The position numbers and the translations under genes were made by a program. Below the pieces are notes generated by a model that saw nothing but the letters and a program-made list of their open reading frames with translations, did no database searches and had not been told where the DNA came from. Positions 12,470 to 26,407 of a DNA stretch of 64,000 bases are shown in pieces (the first letter of the stretch is position 1; every line of letters starts with the position of its first letter). Source of the DNA: Eledone cirrhosa (Eukaryota); NCBI GenBank assembly GCA_964016885.1, contig OZ024741.1:90210001-90274000 (forward strand), in the 5' to 3' direction.

Positions 12470-13485
12470 ATAGCCACATATATTCGAGGCGTAAAAACCC
12501 TATGTTTTAATGTATTAGTATTTATAAAACTTACACTATATTGTAAATATCAGTATTCCTGAATGAGACAGGTACCCATAGTGTGTGAAAATTAATTATC
12601 TTATGTTTAGTTTTAAAAAATTCATATGTTTATGTGACAGCTACAAACATCCATGCGAATCCACATGATTCACCCTGCAAACTCTAAGTTCACGGAAAAC
12701 ATTCTCAATGTGGTATAAAAATTTGAGCATACATATATGTGTATTAATTATTATTCCTGTCTTTACTCTACAAGATTATCTATCAAGCAGAAATAGAGAG
12801 CAGATTTCAATATACTAATAAAAATATATATCAGAAACAAAACTAAAAAAATAAAAAATAAAAAGATAACAATAATAATAATAAGTAAAAATAAGTAATA
12901 ATAAAATAGAAAACTAAAAAAATATTACGAAAGAATATTACATAATAAAAATATTACATATTAAAAATATTACGTATTAAAAAATATTACGTATTAAAAA
13001 TTTACATATTAAAGATATTAAAAATAAAAATAAAAAATAAAAAATAAAAAATAAAAATAAAAAATATTATAAATATTATAAAATACTACAATAATAAAAA
13101 ATAAAAATAAAAATAAACCACAAAGATCAACCCTTCAAAGTTAATTGACAATATATTGCCAAGTTCATTACAAGACAAAGCCAAAAATTATCTATCAAAT
13201 CACATCTAGCAAAGATCATTTCAAAAAGTCTATGATGTCCAAATTGGTCTACATATGTTCTTATATTTAATATAGAAGTTTATCTAGTGTAAGGTCTATT
13301 CAAAAAATTTGGAGCATCAGCTTTTAGGGTAGCTTAATTTTTCATGAGGAATGTTTAAATAAAAATAAAAATAAAAATAAAATAAAAATAAACAATAAAA
13401 AGAATAAAAAGAAGGAATCAAAAAATTTAGGAATCAAAAATTTATCGGCTAGTTTCCCATATAAATATAAATCAAACTAAATATA

Positions 13486-14390
13486 CTACATTTTAAATTT
13501 AAATTTATATTTAAACGTTGAGTTTAATCTATGTTTGCAACAACTGAATAAATTTGTCCGTAGGTTAAGGGAATTTTTAGATTTTAGTATAAAGAATATC
13601 TCCTCTGCGCAGAGGTCACATGTCTCAGAGGATGAATTAAAAGGAATCCCCCTTGAGACTATATTCCAAGCCGTCGAATATCTAACGTTATCTAGCTTAA
13701 GTTGCCAGAGTACGCCTGATAGTGCCGTTGAAGATTTTTTACTTGGATCTGTGAAAGAATTCTTGTGGTTATTATAGCGAAGTTTAAATTCCGTCGATGT
13801 GGAACCGACGTAGTTAAAAGAATTACAATTGTATACTATATTTTTAACTAAGCAGTTGTTATTTAACGGAAATTTAGATCTATCTCTACAGTTACATTTG
13901 TTAACTTGTATATTATTTATGCTATTATCAATAGGTTTTAAGTTCCTATTATTTATTCTATTAATATTTTGTGCTAAATTTTTGGTGGATGAGTAGGTTA
14001 ATTTAATTGTATGCCTATTGAAAATTGAGTGATACCTATGTGTTCTAGGGAAGCGATTATCAAGAGCTTTGAAAAATAATTTAGCGATGTGGGTTTTAAT
14101 GTTTAGTGAGAAGGGGGGGGGGGGCAAACCAAATTATGTTCCTAGTTCTATTTCTTTTTTGGCCTTTGGAATTATTGTAATGCTTTCTATTATAGTTGTT
14201 AATGTTGTTGCCGTAATTAAAAAAGTTGTTACTTTGTTTAGTTTGTCTATCATTATCTATGTACACAATCTTATCAGCATATCCTGCCCTAGCTAATGCT
14301 TCATTATAGTATTGGGCCTTTTCGTCGAAAATCTTTCTATTCGACGAGATCCTAGAGATACGTTTTTGAACTGAGTTTACTATAGTGGTT
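13486..14390 (-). pseudogene. PLE RT thumb plus GIY-YIG endonuclease fragment
   Basis: YYNEALARAGY, WFAPPP-FS (frameshift in a C-run), IFNRHTIKLTYS, CNCR, IVY...YVGST, CDLCAEE. Confidence 0.88.
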
Positions 14391-14604
14391 TTTCTCACAC
14401 ATATATATATATATATACAATATATAAATACATAAATATATATATATATATACAATATATAAATACATATGTATAATATATATATATTTATATATTATAC
14501 ATATGTATTTATATGTAAAAATATATATATATTTATGTATTTATATATTGTATATATATATATATATGTGTGAGAAAAACCACAGACCCTCCATCTCAAC
14601 TCTA

Positions 14605-14638
14605 CTTTTGAAAAGCACAACTGCGAAACCGGTAAAGG
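14605..14638 (+). ncRNA. Hammerhead variant (U3-A8 core)
   Basis: CTT-TTGAAAA-GCA(CAAC)TGC-GAAA-CCGG-TA-AAG, with palindromic helix III ACCGGT. Confidence 0.6.
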
Positions 14639-14830
14639 AACCAAATAAATATATATATATTTTTAAAAATAAGACTCCAGTTGCATTTTCGATTTCATCT
14701 TTTTTTCTTTATGCTTTCACTCGTGTAGGACACTTCGGTTATTTTTCATTTTATAAAAAAAATCTAAATTTCTAATATATATATATATATATATTTATAT
14801 ATTGTATATATATATATATATATATATATA

Positions 14831-14996
14831 ACGAAGGAGGTGTGGTAAGGAACCAGGTGGACCATAATGCACCAGAGTACTCAATACTTAGGGTAGTAGA
14901 GTGGGTAATAGGAGAAAGTTCAAGACCCCGACGGCAGAGCTCAAGCCGTTTCGACGACTATTTCTGGACTCCGTCGGGGTCTTGAACTTTCACCTA
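14831..14996 (-). mobile_element. Short PLE-type 3' end with small inverted duplication and HHR 3' half
   Basis: Arms 14909-14934 and 14971-14996. GAAA-CGGC..GCCG-TC on the minus strand, TA flanks, and a related fragment at 21163-21221. Confidence 0.55.
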
Positions 14997-15103
14997 TATA
15001 TAATATATACATATTTATATATATTGTGTGTATATATATATATATAATATATATATATTTATATATATTGTGTGTATATATATATATATATATTTATATA
15101 TAT

Positions 15104-15140
<37 letters not shown>

Positions 15141-15973
15141 ATATACTGGATATGCGTGTATGTGCGCGTGTGTATCTATGTATGTGTCTGAGAGTGTTTG
15201 TGTATATATGTGCCCGAACGCCGATATGTGTCTTTATATGCGTGTATGTGTGTGTCTGCGCGTGTGTGCGCGTATGCGTGCGTGTGAGACCGGATGTAAG
15301 GGGCTGTTTAGGCAGGCGCCAATAGGCATGTGGTGGTCTGTATGTGGGTGTGGGTATGTGTAAGAGAGGGAGAGAGTGTGTGTGTGTGTATATATATGCA
15401 TGGGGGTATGTGTGTCTACACATGTATGCGTACATATGTGTATGCATGCATGTGTGTGTGCCTGCGCGTATGTATGTGTGTGTGTGTATATGTGGGTACA
15501 TACTCGGGAGTGTGAACAGACGTGTGAGATACCGAACCCAGCAAGGCTCCATTGAAGTGTGTCGGATGGAAAATGGCTGATGACCAGTGTAGCAGTAAGT
15601 AGTGACCAGAACTTAAGATGACGTAGAAAAACAACAGCCAATGGCATGACAAGAGTGGAAGATATTTTTTGAAGGTGTTTTTTGACGATAACACCCCAGT
15701 GAGAAAATTTGCTCCGAACGAATTGCATGTGTCCGAAGGAACCTGCAGCCGTAGAATCAGCCAGATCCATAAAGTGATCATGTCTCGAGCTACCTGCCGG
15801 CGAAACAATTGTAACACGCAATAAACTGAGTCCAGATGCATCACTGATTTTTCGTTTTTTATACTATTCACACTCTGCTCTGTATGAATATTGAGTGCTA
15901 ATTTTGGCATACCGCCTATGGAAGCACCATAGCTACCATTATACACACGTATATATGTATATATATATATACG

Positions 15974-16022
<49 letters not shown>

Positions 16023-17684
16023 TTATGTATGTATGTATATATAATTTAATTCCCTAATAATTTAATTAATATTATATAAGGAAATATTACTAATCTAGGA
16101 TTTATGACTTCTCCAAAACAACATCATTCAGAGTCCATGCATGGTTCCGACTGCACTGAAGTTGAATGATATCTGTGCTGTCTCACACAGTTTATAAAGT
16201 AAAACGTTTATATGCGCTAATTTGACATTAATTTTTTCAGAATGTCTTTTCCGGCATACGCCATATACGTAGCTTATCTCCCGTGATAGGATCAGTTCAA
16301 TGGTTTTCTTTTTTTCTTTCTTTCTTTCTTTATTTATTTATTTATTTCTAGTTGATGCTGATCTGTCGCATGCTTAGTGTAGTGGCAAGTTGTAAACACA
16401 ATCTTCTGGTCTTTCCCATCATTCATTTGCATAACCCTTCATCTTATAAAGTTTATAAAAAACTTGTAGACTTTTACAGTTCAAAATACTGTAAACATTT
16501 GTAGATTATGAATTAAGTATTACCGTCCAGTACTTTATTAATACATTTTTTTGAAAAGTACTAAACAGTACTATGACAGCAACACATTAAAAATTAAAGA
16601 CATTTTTTACAATTTTTTATCCACAAGTATTTTAAATAACAAATCGTCTTCTTCTTCTTCTTCTTCTTTAAAAAATAAAATAGAACAGCTCAAATCTTTG
16701 AGGCAGGTGCCATGATTCAATATTTGAGACTGAGAAGCATTTGCAATGGCTATTCTAAATATTCTATAGGTATTTTACATTTTTTAACCATCATTTTCCC
16801 CGTAAGATCATGTAATATTTAACACAAAATCTACTGTATAAAATTAGATTTAGCACAACACTAGCAGGCAACTGCACGTTAAAAGCATGAGATTCCTGAA
16901 ATGTGGGGACCGTAGCAAGGGCACTGGGAAACGAGGAAATAAAATAATAAGGAAAGGAAAAAGGAGGAACGCCAACGTTAATGTGAGTTCTTTCTTTCTC
17001 TTATAGCATTGTCTCTCATGCTCTCTTTTCCTCTCTCGCCACCTTCAATTACTACAGATCTACATTTTCGTGGCTATCTCACACAAGCACGTATATATAT
17101 TTGAGCACATATACATATACCCATACATACATGCGCACATACATACATACCCACACACGCATACATGCATATACTCACATGCGCACATACACATATGCCC
17201 ACATACTTATGCATACTTACATCTACATACACCCACGCATGCACACACGCTTGTGAAATTCAGGTGCAAATGACTGTGCATTCCACTGACACGTGAACCC
17301 ATAATGCAATTCCCAGGGAGATTCAGCATGACACAGTGAAAAGGCTAATACATTGAAATACAAGTACAACTCATTTTTTCCAGCTGAGTAGATTCAAGTA
17401 ACTTGAAATTAAGTGTCGTACTCAAAAGCACAACGCGTCGCCAAGAATCGAACACACGACCCTATGATGGTGAGATGAACCCGTTAACCACAAAGCCTTC
17501 ACACATACAAACACACATGCATGCACATACACACTCATACATACATACATACATACATACATACAAACATATCTACCGAGTTGATCTTTAAATTCCAATT
17601 AAAGACTCTCTCTCTATTGGTAAACATTTATAGAATTATAAAACCAGAATACACACACACACATACACATACATACTTACAAAG

Positions 17685-17757
<73 letters not shown>

Positions 17758-17804
17758 TATGTATGTATAGAACTAAATGTAAATTAGTATTTCGGGTCTT
17801 TATT

Positions 17805-18150
17805 ATATCGGTAGAGGGTCGGACGCCATGCTTTCCAGCATAGTTACGTCCCTTTACGATCTGAGTTCAAATCCCGCCGAGGTTGACTTTGCCTTTCATC
17901 CTTACGGGGTCGATAAAATAAAGTACCAGTAATATACTGGGTAATTGCTGGCCTTGTGCCTAACGTAGAAACAATTATTATACTTACGAAACGAACGCAT
18001 AGAGTTACGGCCCTTGCCATTCTGAGTTCAAATCCCGCTGAGGTTAACTTTGCCTTTCATCCATACGGGGTCGATAAAATAAAGTACCAGTAATGTACTG
18101 GATTATTTCTGGCCTTGTGCCAATAGTAGAAACAATTATTATACTTACGA
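17805..18150 (+). mobile_element. Two tandem tRNA-derived SINE copies (GAGTTCAAATCC...GCCTTTCATCC...GTCGATAAAATAAAGTACCAG family)
   Basis: B-box-like GAGTTCAAATCC and a conserved central domain. More than 25 copies occur in the window. Confidence 0.85.
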
Positions 18151-18799
18151 AACACCCACACATTGCAACCCACACATCCACCTTCACATTGCCATCTTCT
18201 CTCCCTACCCCACCTCTACCTTCTACTTTTCCAGCTTCCCAAACTCTCTTCCTTCTTTACACTCACTCATTCATCAGTCTTCTTTCCCTTCACTTTCTTT
18301 TTCACTTCCTTCATACTTTTTCATAAATATCTTTCCCGATTCTCCCCGCGCACCCATTCACTCAAACACTTAGCGTCATGATTATAATTTGTGTGTGAGT
18401 ATGTGTTCTGCATTGTGTGTGTGTGTGTGCGCGCGCGCGCGTGTGCGTGTTTGTGTGTATAATATAAGCTATAAGTACAAGGAAATACCTCGGCGAAGCG
18501 TATTGTATGGTATATGTGTGTGTGTATGTGTGGGGGGATACGAAACGTCACACATGAAATGTGAATTAAATACATTCAACTAACTCAGATTTCATTTGCA
18601 ATTTCAAGATAAGAACTCTCTTGGAGGGAATGTCACTAAAAAAACAAAGCAAAAAAACAAGCGAGACAACTCTAACGGTAACAATCAATTCAAGGACAAT
18701 GCAGGAAAGAGAGAATAGTGTCATATGACCCAACTAGAGAAATTTTTCTACTTACTATATTTCATGTGTGTATATATATATATATATACACACCGAGAG

Positions 18800-19203
18800 A
18801 GATGACCCCTTAGCCTTTGTCAAGGGAGAATTCTAGGAGAAGGAAAACTCTGATATAACACCTGCAACCCTGATGGTATCCAATGATGTTGACTTGTTCT
18901 TCTTTTTGGTAAATATCATCTTGGTTAAGAGAGTGGGACTGGCTTTGTGCAGTGCCTTTGCTCACTATAAAAGCTTCACGGCACAGGCATTGCTTTATAT
19001 CTGGAGATCTCTCTGCACTTGTCGTCACATGGTACCATGGGCCCAGCACTCTGTGTCAATAATTGTCACAAGTGTAGCATTTGTACCAGAGTTTTCAAGT
19101 CGCTGGCTGGACTAAAAAGTCACACTCGTTCAGCGCATCGGTAGGGGTTCTCCTACATGGATGTAAAGTAGTGGCCGTACTCGAAATCGAGTTGGCAGCC
19201 ACC

Positions 19204-19204
<1 letters not shown>
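18800..19204 (+). mobile_element. Non-autonomous RTE-related element
   Basis: The 3' part encodes C..C.RVFKSLAGLKSH.R.AH, typical of the RTE ORF end. Paralog at 29805-30374 and fragment at 25586-25640 (minus). Confidence 0.65.
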
Positions 19205-19238
<34 letters not shown>

Positions 19239-19270
19239 TTATGCAATTATCAAAGTTGTTCAAATCATTT

Positions 19271-19322
19271 AATAGCTGACAATCGTTTCTTCCAAACTCT
19301 CGTTTGGAATCATCGGAGCATT
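19271..19322 (-). ncRNA. Hammerhead variant (CCGATGA core)
   Basis: Helix II TTCCAAAC(GAGA)GTTTGGAA, then GAAA-CGATTG-TC. Confidence 0.7.
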
Positions 19323-20649
19323 ATCAATGTTTGCACATATAATTAACCTCCTATTCAACTGAACAATAATATAGATACATATAAATTGATGTTGTGAGCA
19401 ACAGTTTCGTATTTACAGGGTGGAATGGATGTGACATATATTTTACGAGAATTGTACAATAATTGTGCAAACATTCTCTTTCCTCTACACAACTCCTATT
19501 CATCTATAACCTTATGCTCTGCAATAACAGTTAGAATTAGACATAGAGTTACCACCTTGTGATATAACTACAATAGATTATATCATATACAGTAATGGAT
19601 ATTTGGCACTTGGTACGTAGAGACATTTAATGTAATATGTGATAATAAACTATATGTGCATTTATAATTATATAATTAAATGCTTAAATTACACAACATA
19701 ATAATAATAAAGCATATATACATTTATAATTAAATATAAAATGTAATAGCATTGTATATTAGGGATTATATTATTACACATGTAGCATATCTATTACGAC
19801 ACATTAACAGCTGTATAATCCTTCATAACATATACCTTGTCCAGTAATGAATAGATAACAATCTAAAGAGACCTTTAATGTATGATAGTAGAATACACTG
19901 TATTTAAAATCAGGCATAAATATACAGGGTTATGTGACAGAGATCCAATGGTATCATATTATATTGTGTATTAGAACAAAGAATTTTAATAACTGAATTG
20001 AACTTAATTAGCTAGTTACCTCCCCTTACGCATTAATCCGGAAATAAACGATTGAAAATTTAACGGTTGATCAAATATAGTCTATGAATATGAATTCATT
20101 ATGACGAATTTACAATCCATTGCTCTAACTAACTTAAAACATTCAATATAAACATTAACTAAAATTTAATTCAACATATGTCATGGAAAAGTCTGCAAAA
20201 ACTGTATGTTTCTCAACACACATTAATTCGAACACCATCAACATTCAACATCCACCATAGATTCTAATACATTAACATAGTTGCTTAAAGTGCAGTATTT
20301 ATTCATCTATATATGCATAATAGCTTTGCTTGTCTCCTTCTCATGTATATGACTTACGCAGTCGCACTATCCACACGCCTGCATATGAATTGTTATTGCA
20401 CTCTTCCTTTCTCAAAACTACTTCCTCAATGCCTCTTTAATATTTGGACTATTCCCTTGTTTTAACTGTTGCATGTATTCCACTCCGTGCTTTTGATTTT
20501 AATTTAATTTGAATTTGAATTTGAACTTGAACTTGAATGTTTGTACAATTATTGTACAATTCTCGTACTGTTGCTCACAACATCAATTTATATGTATCTA
20601 TATTATTGTTCAGTTGAATAGGAGGTTAATTATATGTGCAAATATTGAT

Positions 20650-20701
20650 AATGCTCCGATGACTCCAAACGAGAGTTTGGAAGAAACGATTGTCAGCTAT
20701 T
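20650..20701 (+). ncRNA. Hammerhead variant (CCGATGA core)
   Basis: AATGCT-CCGATGA-CTCCAAAC(GAGA)GTTTGGAA-GAAA-CGATTG-TC-AGCTATT. Confidence 0.7.
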
Positions 20702-20877
20702 AAATGATTTGAACACAATTTTGATAATTGTATAATTTATTTATTTTCCTGCTCAGTAAAACAACTGATGTTCATACATTGAGCTATTTCTCTTACTGGT
20801 AATAAGGTAATTAAGAAATTACTGACCTTCCTGTTTATGGTTGTTTATACTATATACATAACTATAAATAGTATTAC

Positions 20878-20914
<37 letters not shown>

Positions 20915-21046
20915 TGTGTCACACATGAAATATATATGTATATGCTATTTCAATCGTTAAACTAATATATTCCTTCCATATACTGTGACGTTTTTTCTGT
21001 TTACTTCACACACACACACACACACACACAGACAGACACACACACA

Positions 21047-21167
<121 letters not shown>

Positions 21168-21442
21168 AGAGTCAGGACCTCGACGACTGAGCTCCGGCCT
21201 TTTCGACCGCTAGATCCGAACATATATATATATATTCGTGTGTGTGTAATATAACAGTAAATATAGTGAAGGCTATATGAAGTTGTTTATTAATTTAGTT
21301 ACCATACATATTTCGCTGGAGTCGACTATTAGGTGGCCGTAAAATTGTTCTGTATGCAAATGAGGCTAATCAGCCGATGTATACATCTGAGAATACTATC
21401 TACTCACAGCAGTTCCTGTGGGTAGCAGAGACGAGAGAATAC

Positions 21443-21487
21443 ACAATCTCGATAAGGAGTAATAACTCCGAAACAATTGTCGATTGT
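21443..21487 (+). ncRNA. Hammerhead variant (TCGATAA core, U3-A8)
   Basis: ACAATC-TCGATAA-GGAGT(AATA)ACTCC-GAAA-CAATTG-TC-GATTGT. Helices I and II are perfect and helix III is palindromic. Confidence 0.75.
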
Positions 21488-21909
21488 TTTCTCCCATCTA
21501 CCGCTGGAACAAAAGGATGACGATTAGTCATTTAATACGTAGTGTTTTATGAGACTATTTGCTTGCAAACAAACCGAATATTAATAATATTATAATATTA
21601 TATTATTGTTAATTGGCAGTATTGGTAGAAGGTTGGCGCCATGCTTTCTAGCATAGTTACGTCTGAGTTCAAATCCCGCCGAGGTTAACTTTGCCTTTCA
21701 TCCTTACGGGGTCGATAAAATAATGTACCAGTAATGTACTGGGTAATTGCTGGCCTTGTGTCTAAAGTAGAAACAATTATTATATTATTGTTATTATTCA
21801 CTCACGAATACATTTAGTTATCCACCATGTTAAGAGCGAAAACAAATCTTTTTTTTATTTTTAAATATAATGTAATAATATATATATATATATATATATA
21901 TGTGTATGT

Positions 21910-22075
21910 AAAAGGTAAACAGAAATAACAACACAATCGGTACAGTATATGGAAGGTATATATTAGGTTAACGCTTGATATAGCAGGAAGAGGGTCTTAA
22001 CGTTTAGTCCTTCATCAGAAGAAAGAATGAGAAATAAAATAGATTGAGGGAACGGGCGGGATGGAATTGGAAAAA
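21910..22075 (-). mobile_element. Short HHR-bearing PLE-type 3' end (family also at 42130-42301 and 52990-53166)
   Basis: Three homologous copies next to microsatellites. The HHR here has a helix II deletion. Confidence 0.7.
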
Positions 22076-22874
22076 ATGTCTTTAGATAAAAATAACAGGT
22101 CTATTCATGTTGACATCTCACAGCGTGAGTACTTGTCTTCCTTTCCTATATCTAAATTTGATAATTCTAAGCCAAGTCTACTGAACTGAATAAGTTTCGC
22201 CGATGAGATATATCAAAATAGAAACATGTTCCCTGGTTTCATTGGTTTGTGTATAAGGTAGGAATACCTTTTTACTAAATGGCTCTCTCGAGCAGATTCC
22301 TTCAACCAAATCACACCCGTAAGGCACTGGTGAACCCAAAGCTACAGTTGTCTACTACTGTAGTCGTGGCTTAATCTTGGGGCAATTGGCCAAGATGACA
22401 TCCAATAGAATTGAACCCAGAAACACCGGCCTGTGGAGTGAACAGCTTAACTATACGGCTATACTTGCGACTTTGCAAATTCAAATGACTTGGACACGCG
22501 TCAGCTAATTAAGACGTTATATGCGAAGCCCGAGGGCTTATCTAAATTCCATTGGCGTTAAGCATCTGAGAGTACAATACCTTTGACAGGACACCACTCA
22601 GTCGTAGCTTTGACACCCAGCTGTTGCCGGTACTAACTTTCAGACTGGAGCAATGTAAAATTAAGTGTTTTGTTGAAGTATACTACATGCTGCCTATTCC
22701 AGGATTCGAACCCACGACATTAAGATCGTGAGCCCAACACTCTAACCACTAAGCGCAAGTTTTCACATGCTGAAACAAACAACGATTATTCAGGCAGGGG
22801 GTTGGAAATTTCGCAAACATGTATTAATAGAGATGTACTATGAGAAAGTTAAGACTATACTGACAGACTATTTC

Positions 22875-23005
22875 TTAAGAAATAGAGCAATTCTTAAGAA
22901 TGCAACAATAGATCAATTCCTAAGAATGCATTCATAGACCGATTCTGAAAAATGCACTAATAGATCAGTCCATAAGAATCTACTGATAGACAAATTCTTA
23001 AGAAT
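22875..23005. repeat. 26-bp minisatellite (~5 diverged units)
   Basis: AAGAATGCAACAATAGATCAATTCCT-like units in tandem. Confidence 0.75.
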
Positions 23006-23264
23006 AATCAAACATAACAACATAGCATAATCATTAGGAAATAAGCTATATCTTTGTAAATTAAGATGTTATTTTCTATATAAGCTTAATAGCTTAATAA
23101 GAAATGATTCGTCATAATAACACAGCGACTAGAGACAATTACAGTCAGACCAGAGACAATCATAGTCAGTCGACAATTTAAAACTGTTCTAAAACACTCA
23201 AGCCAGTTCAGTATCACCTGCAATCATGTTGCCAAGAATTGTGTGTGTGTGTGTGTATGTGTGC

Positions 23265-23305
<41 letters not shown>

Positions 23306-23380
23306 GGAAAATTTGAACAGGAACAAAACAGAGAGGCAGTACAACGAATGTTTATTAATTTAGAGTGGGGTGGTGGTGGG

Positions 23381-23416
23381 GAACGACGTTTCGGACATAA
23401 GCCCTTCCTCAGGTGA
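23381..23416 (-). ncRNA. Minimal hammerhead ribozyme
   Basis: CTGAGGA-A-GGGC(TTAT)GTCC-GAAA-CG-TC. Helix I is short. Confidence 0.65.
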
Positions 23417-23706
23417 GAAGTGTGTGAGAAGAGAGTTCAAAGGGTGTGTAGGGGAGTGGTGGAGATACATATAGCGAAAAGGGGGTGGGAGGAAACGGTG
23501 CGAATGAAATTAAAGATAAAAATAAAAATAAAGCATGATCAAAATGAAATGAAATGAAATAAAAATAAATATAAAAGCATGATCAAAATAAACTGAAATT
23601 AAAAAGGGGTAAAACAGGTGGTGGAAGGGTGTGGGGTGCGTAGTGGTGGTGGCGGGTGGAGTGGGGAGAGGGAGACGGGGTGTCCGAGCGGGGAGGGCTG
23701 AAGGTG

Positions 23707-23743
<37 letters not shown>

Positions 23744-24887
23744 AAAGCAAGGGTTGGGGGAAGAACGGGGTTGCATGTTAAGGAAGAGGTGTGTGTGGGG
23801 TGGGGTGTAGGTCGGAGTGCGTGTGTGGATAGAGGGGTGGGGGAGAGGAATCCGGAGGCTGAAGGTGTAAATATGTGGTGGAAAGCACGTGTGTGTGGGG
23901 TTTAAGCGTGTTGTGGGTGTAGGTGGCGTGTGGGAGAAAAAAAAATTTTTTGGGGTGTGTGTGTGGGTGAGTTATATAGGTGATTCCGTAAGAGGATGTG
24001 GTTGAAATGTTGGTAAACTCCTATGATGGTAGTAGATTCCACGGTGGTCAAGTTCCACATACGAGTATTCCATGAAGAGATGGTCGGAAGAGGAGAGATG
24101 TGGAGTGCGCGCGCAACAGGAAATGGTCAAGGCGGTGGGAGTGCTGTGTGTCTGTTTGTGCTGGGAGGTGGTCAGAGGGCATAGCAGCAGTCGGGTGGAA
24201 TGGTAAAGGGCTGAGGATGGGTAGGTGTGAAAGTTGGAGTGAGGAGGGTGTGTGTGTGTATTAGTAGAGGTGTTAGTGGGATGAGTGAGTGTGGAGAAAG
24301 GGTGTGGGTGGAGCGGGGAGAGAAGGGTGTGGGGGTCGATGGCGGGAGTGTGGTGTACTGGTGTGTGTGTAGTTTGATGAAGGGGGTGTTAGTGGATGTT
24401 AGTATACGGGAGGTGGAGAAAGGGTTGAATGCAGGTGTGAGTGGGGGTTAGTGGTGGTAGGGTGTGTAGAGTTGGTGGTGTACGAGGTTGTGTGGGTACG
24501 TGTGCGTGGGGTTGGGGGTGTTAGTGATGTTAGTTGCGTGTGGGGTGGGTGGTGTAAGTGGGTGCGTGTGTTCGTGTGCTTGGGGTCAGGGGGTGTTAGT
24601 GATGTTAGTGCGGGGTGGTGGGTTGGAGGTGTGGGGGTGAGGGTTAGTGGTGGTAGTAGGGTGTGTGTTTAGAGTGAGCGCGTGTATATATGTGCCGGTG
24701 GGTGTGTGCGTGTGATAAGGAGGGGGGGGGGGAAGAAGAAGGGAGGTATGTTAGTTGGGGAAGGGTGGTCGATTGAGGGGTGGAGTGGAGGTGTTAGTAT
24801 TGTTAGTTGTGGGGTGGGCGGTGAAAAGGAGGGGTGTGTTAGTGGTGTTAGTGGAGGATATGTGTGGGGGAGGGGGGCAGTCGAAGG

Positions 24888-25585
24888 CTAAAGGAATAAG
24901 GGTGGGGAGTTCAGGCCGGGGGGAGTGTGGGTCTGTAAGATGAAGATGGTTCTTTGTTCGACTCTGAGGAGATTGGCGGGTGTTCCGTGGCATTGGAGTA
25001 GGCCACAGACTGTGAGATGGCGTGCGGAATGTCCAGGGGCACCAAAGTGGCGGGCGATGGGGGAACTACCACCGAGACGAATATCCCGGAGGTGCTCAGT
25101 GAATCGGTCCGCCAGGCGACGTCCCGTCTGTCCGACGTAAGTCGCGCTGGACTCCGTGCAGCGAAGTCCGTAGACTAGCTTGGAGGAGGTGCAGCGGAAG
25201 GCATGCCGGACAGAGAGAGAGTGGCCGTTGGGACCCTGGAAGGTGGTGGTGTTGGTGATGTGGGGACAGGTGTTGCAGCGGGGCCTAGAATAGGGAAAGG
25301 AACCGGGGGGAGGGAAGAGCGTGGGTTGGGGGGTAGGGAGCTGTGGACGAGGAGGGTGCGGAGATTGCGTGCGCGTTTGAAGGAGGGGAGTGGTGGGGTT
25401 GGGAAGATGTGGGAGGTGGAGGGGTCGGACTGGAGGCGTCGGAAGAGGCGGTGGAGGGGTGGTAGGTGATGGGGAAGGGGAGACGGTGGGTGGGTGTGCG
25501 GTGGGGTGAGGGTGGTGGAGCGGTGGACAGCACGGGCGCGGGTGAGATCGGTGTGGACGAGAGAGGGGGGTAACCTCTGCGGATG
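24888..25585 (-). pseudogene. Neptune-type GIY-YIG endonuclease and linker (absent from the ORF track)
   Basis: Manual translation: PITYHP...RARNLRTLLVHS...RPRCNTCPHI...FRCTSSKLVYGLRC...YVGQTGRRLADRFTEH...PIARHF...EQRTIFILQTHTPPGLN. Confidence 0.88.
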
Positions 25586-25768
25586 ATGGCTGCCAACTCG
25601 TTTTCGAGTACGGCCACTACTTTATATCCATGTAGGAGAATGTGTGTCTCTATATATATATATATACACACATGTGGTTACTTGATAAAATACATTTAGA
25701 GATAAAAGGAAGGCACAAACAAGTGACAGTCCCCTCCCCTCTTCAGTTGTCTGCTGGAGGTCACCGAC

Positions 25769-25807
<39 letters not shown>

Positions 25808-25812
<5 letters not shown>

Positions 25813-26407
25813 TGAAATAAAATGAAAACGAAATTTCATTTCTCACTCTTAGTATGGCACTTACTTAAATGTAAGTATGTATGTATACGTACATACATAT
25901 ATGTATACAGACGTACAGTAGCATGCATATATACGCTACTGTACGTATACATACATACTTACATTTAAGTAAGTGCCATACTAAGAGTGAGAAATGAAAT
26001 TTCGTTTTCATTTTATTTCAACTTATCGTTTTCGGTATGCCTGACCGATTTAACTCACTCAATATGCAAATTAGGCTGCTCAGCCGTTAATTTTCATAAG
26101 GAAAGTATATACTTTCGAACGTTCAACTATCTGGCAGATGGGTATACGGTGCTGATGATAGCTAACAAGCTTGAAACTAGTACATCGTTCCTGTGTCAGT
26201 GTTGAACAAAAAGGTGACGTGGTTGCCTTAACACCGTATGGCATAAATTCAGGCTGTTCAGTTTGTTTACAAACGAACAAAGCGGCGTTATAATAAGCGT
26301 CCGCTAAACTGATGCGTGCATATATGTATGTGTACCTGTATGTATATATATATATATATATATATATGCATGCTACTGTACGTCTGTATACATATATGTA
26401 TGTACGT

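Larger units (their letters stand above)
11903..14400 (-). mobile_element. 5'-truncated PLE (WFxPPFS / CNC-type) with long AT-rich 3' region
   Basis: RT-thumb plus GIY-YIG remnant at 13486-14390 and an HHR-bearing terminus at 11903-12013 next to (TA)n. Continuity between the two parts is inferred. Confidence 0.7.
19226..20875 (+). mobile_element. Non-coding PLE-type insertion with inverted pLTR
   Basis: Arms 19226-19476 and 20535-20745, each containing an HHR. 3' extension and TA flanks. Confidence 0.75.
23303..25585 (-). mobile_element. 5'-truncated Neptune-like PLE with C/A-rich 3' UTR
   Basis: GIY-YIG remnant at 24888-25585 and an HHR at 23381-23416. The 3' end abuts (TA)n. Confidence 0.85.

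Noticed and set aside
17805-17880. tRNA gene-like A/B boxes
   Set aside because: These are SINE heads with no complete cloverleaf.
23620-24880. G-rich strand as telomeric or G-quadruplex array
   Set aside because: Low-complexity 3' UTR of the Neptune-like PLE, with no regular TTAGGG repeats.
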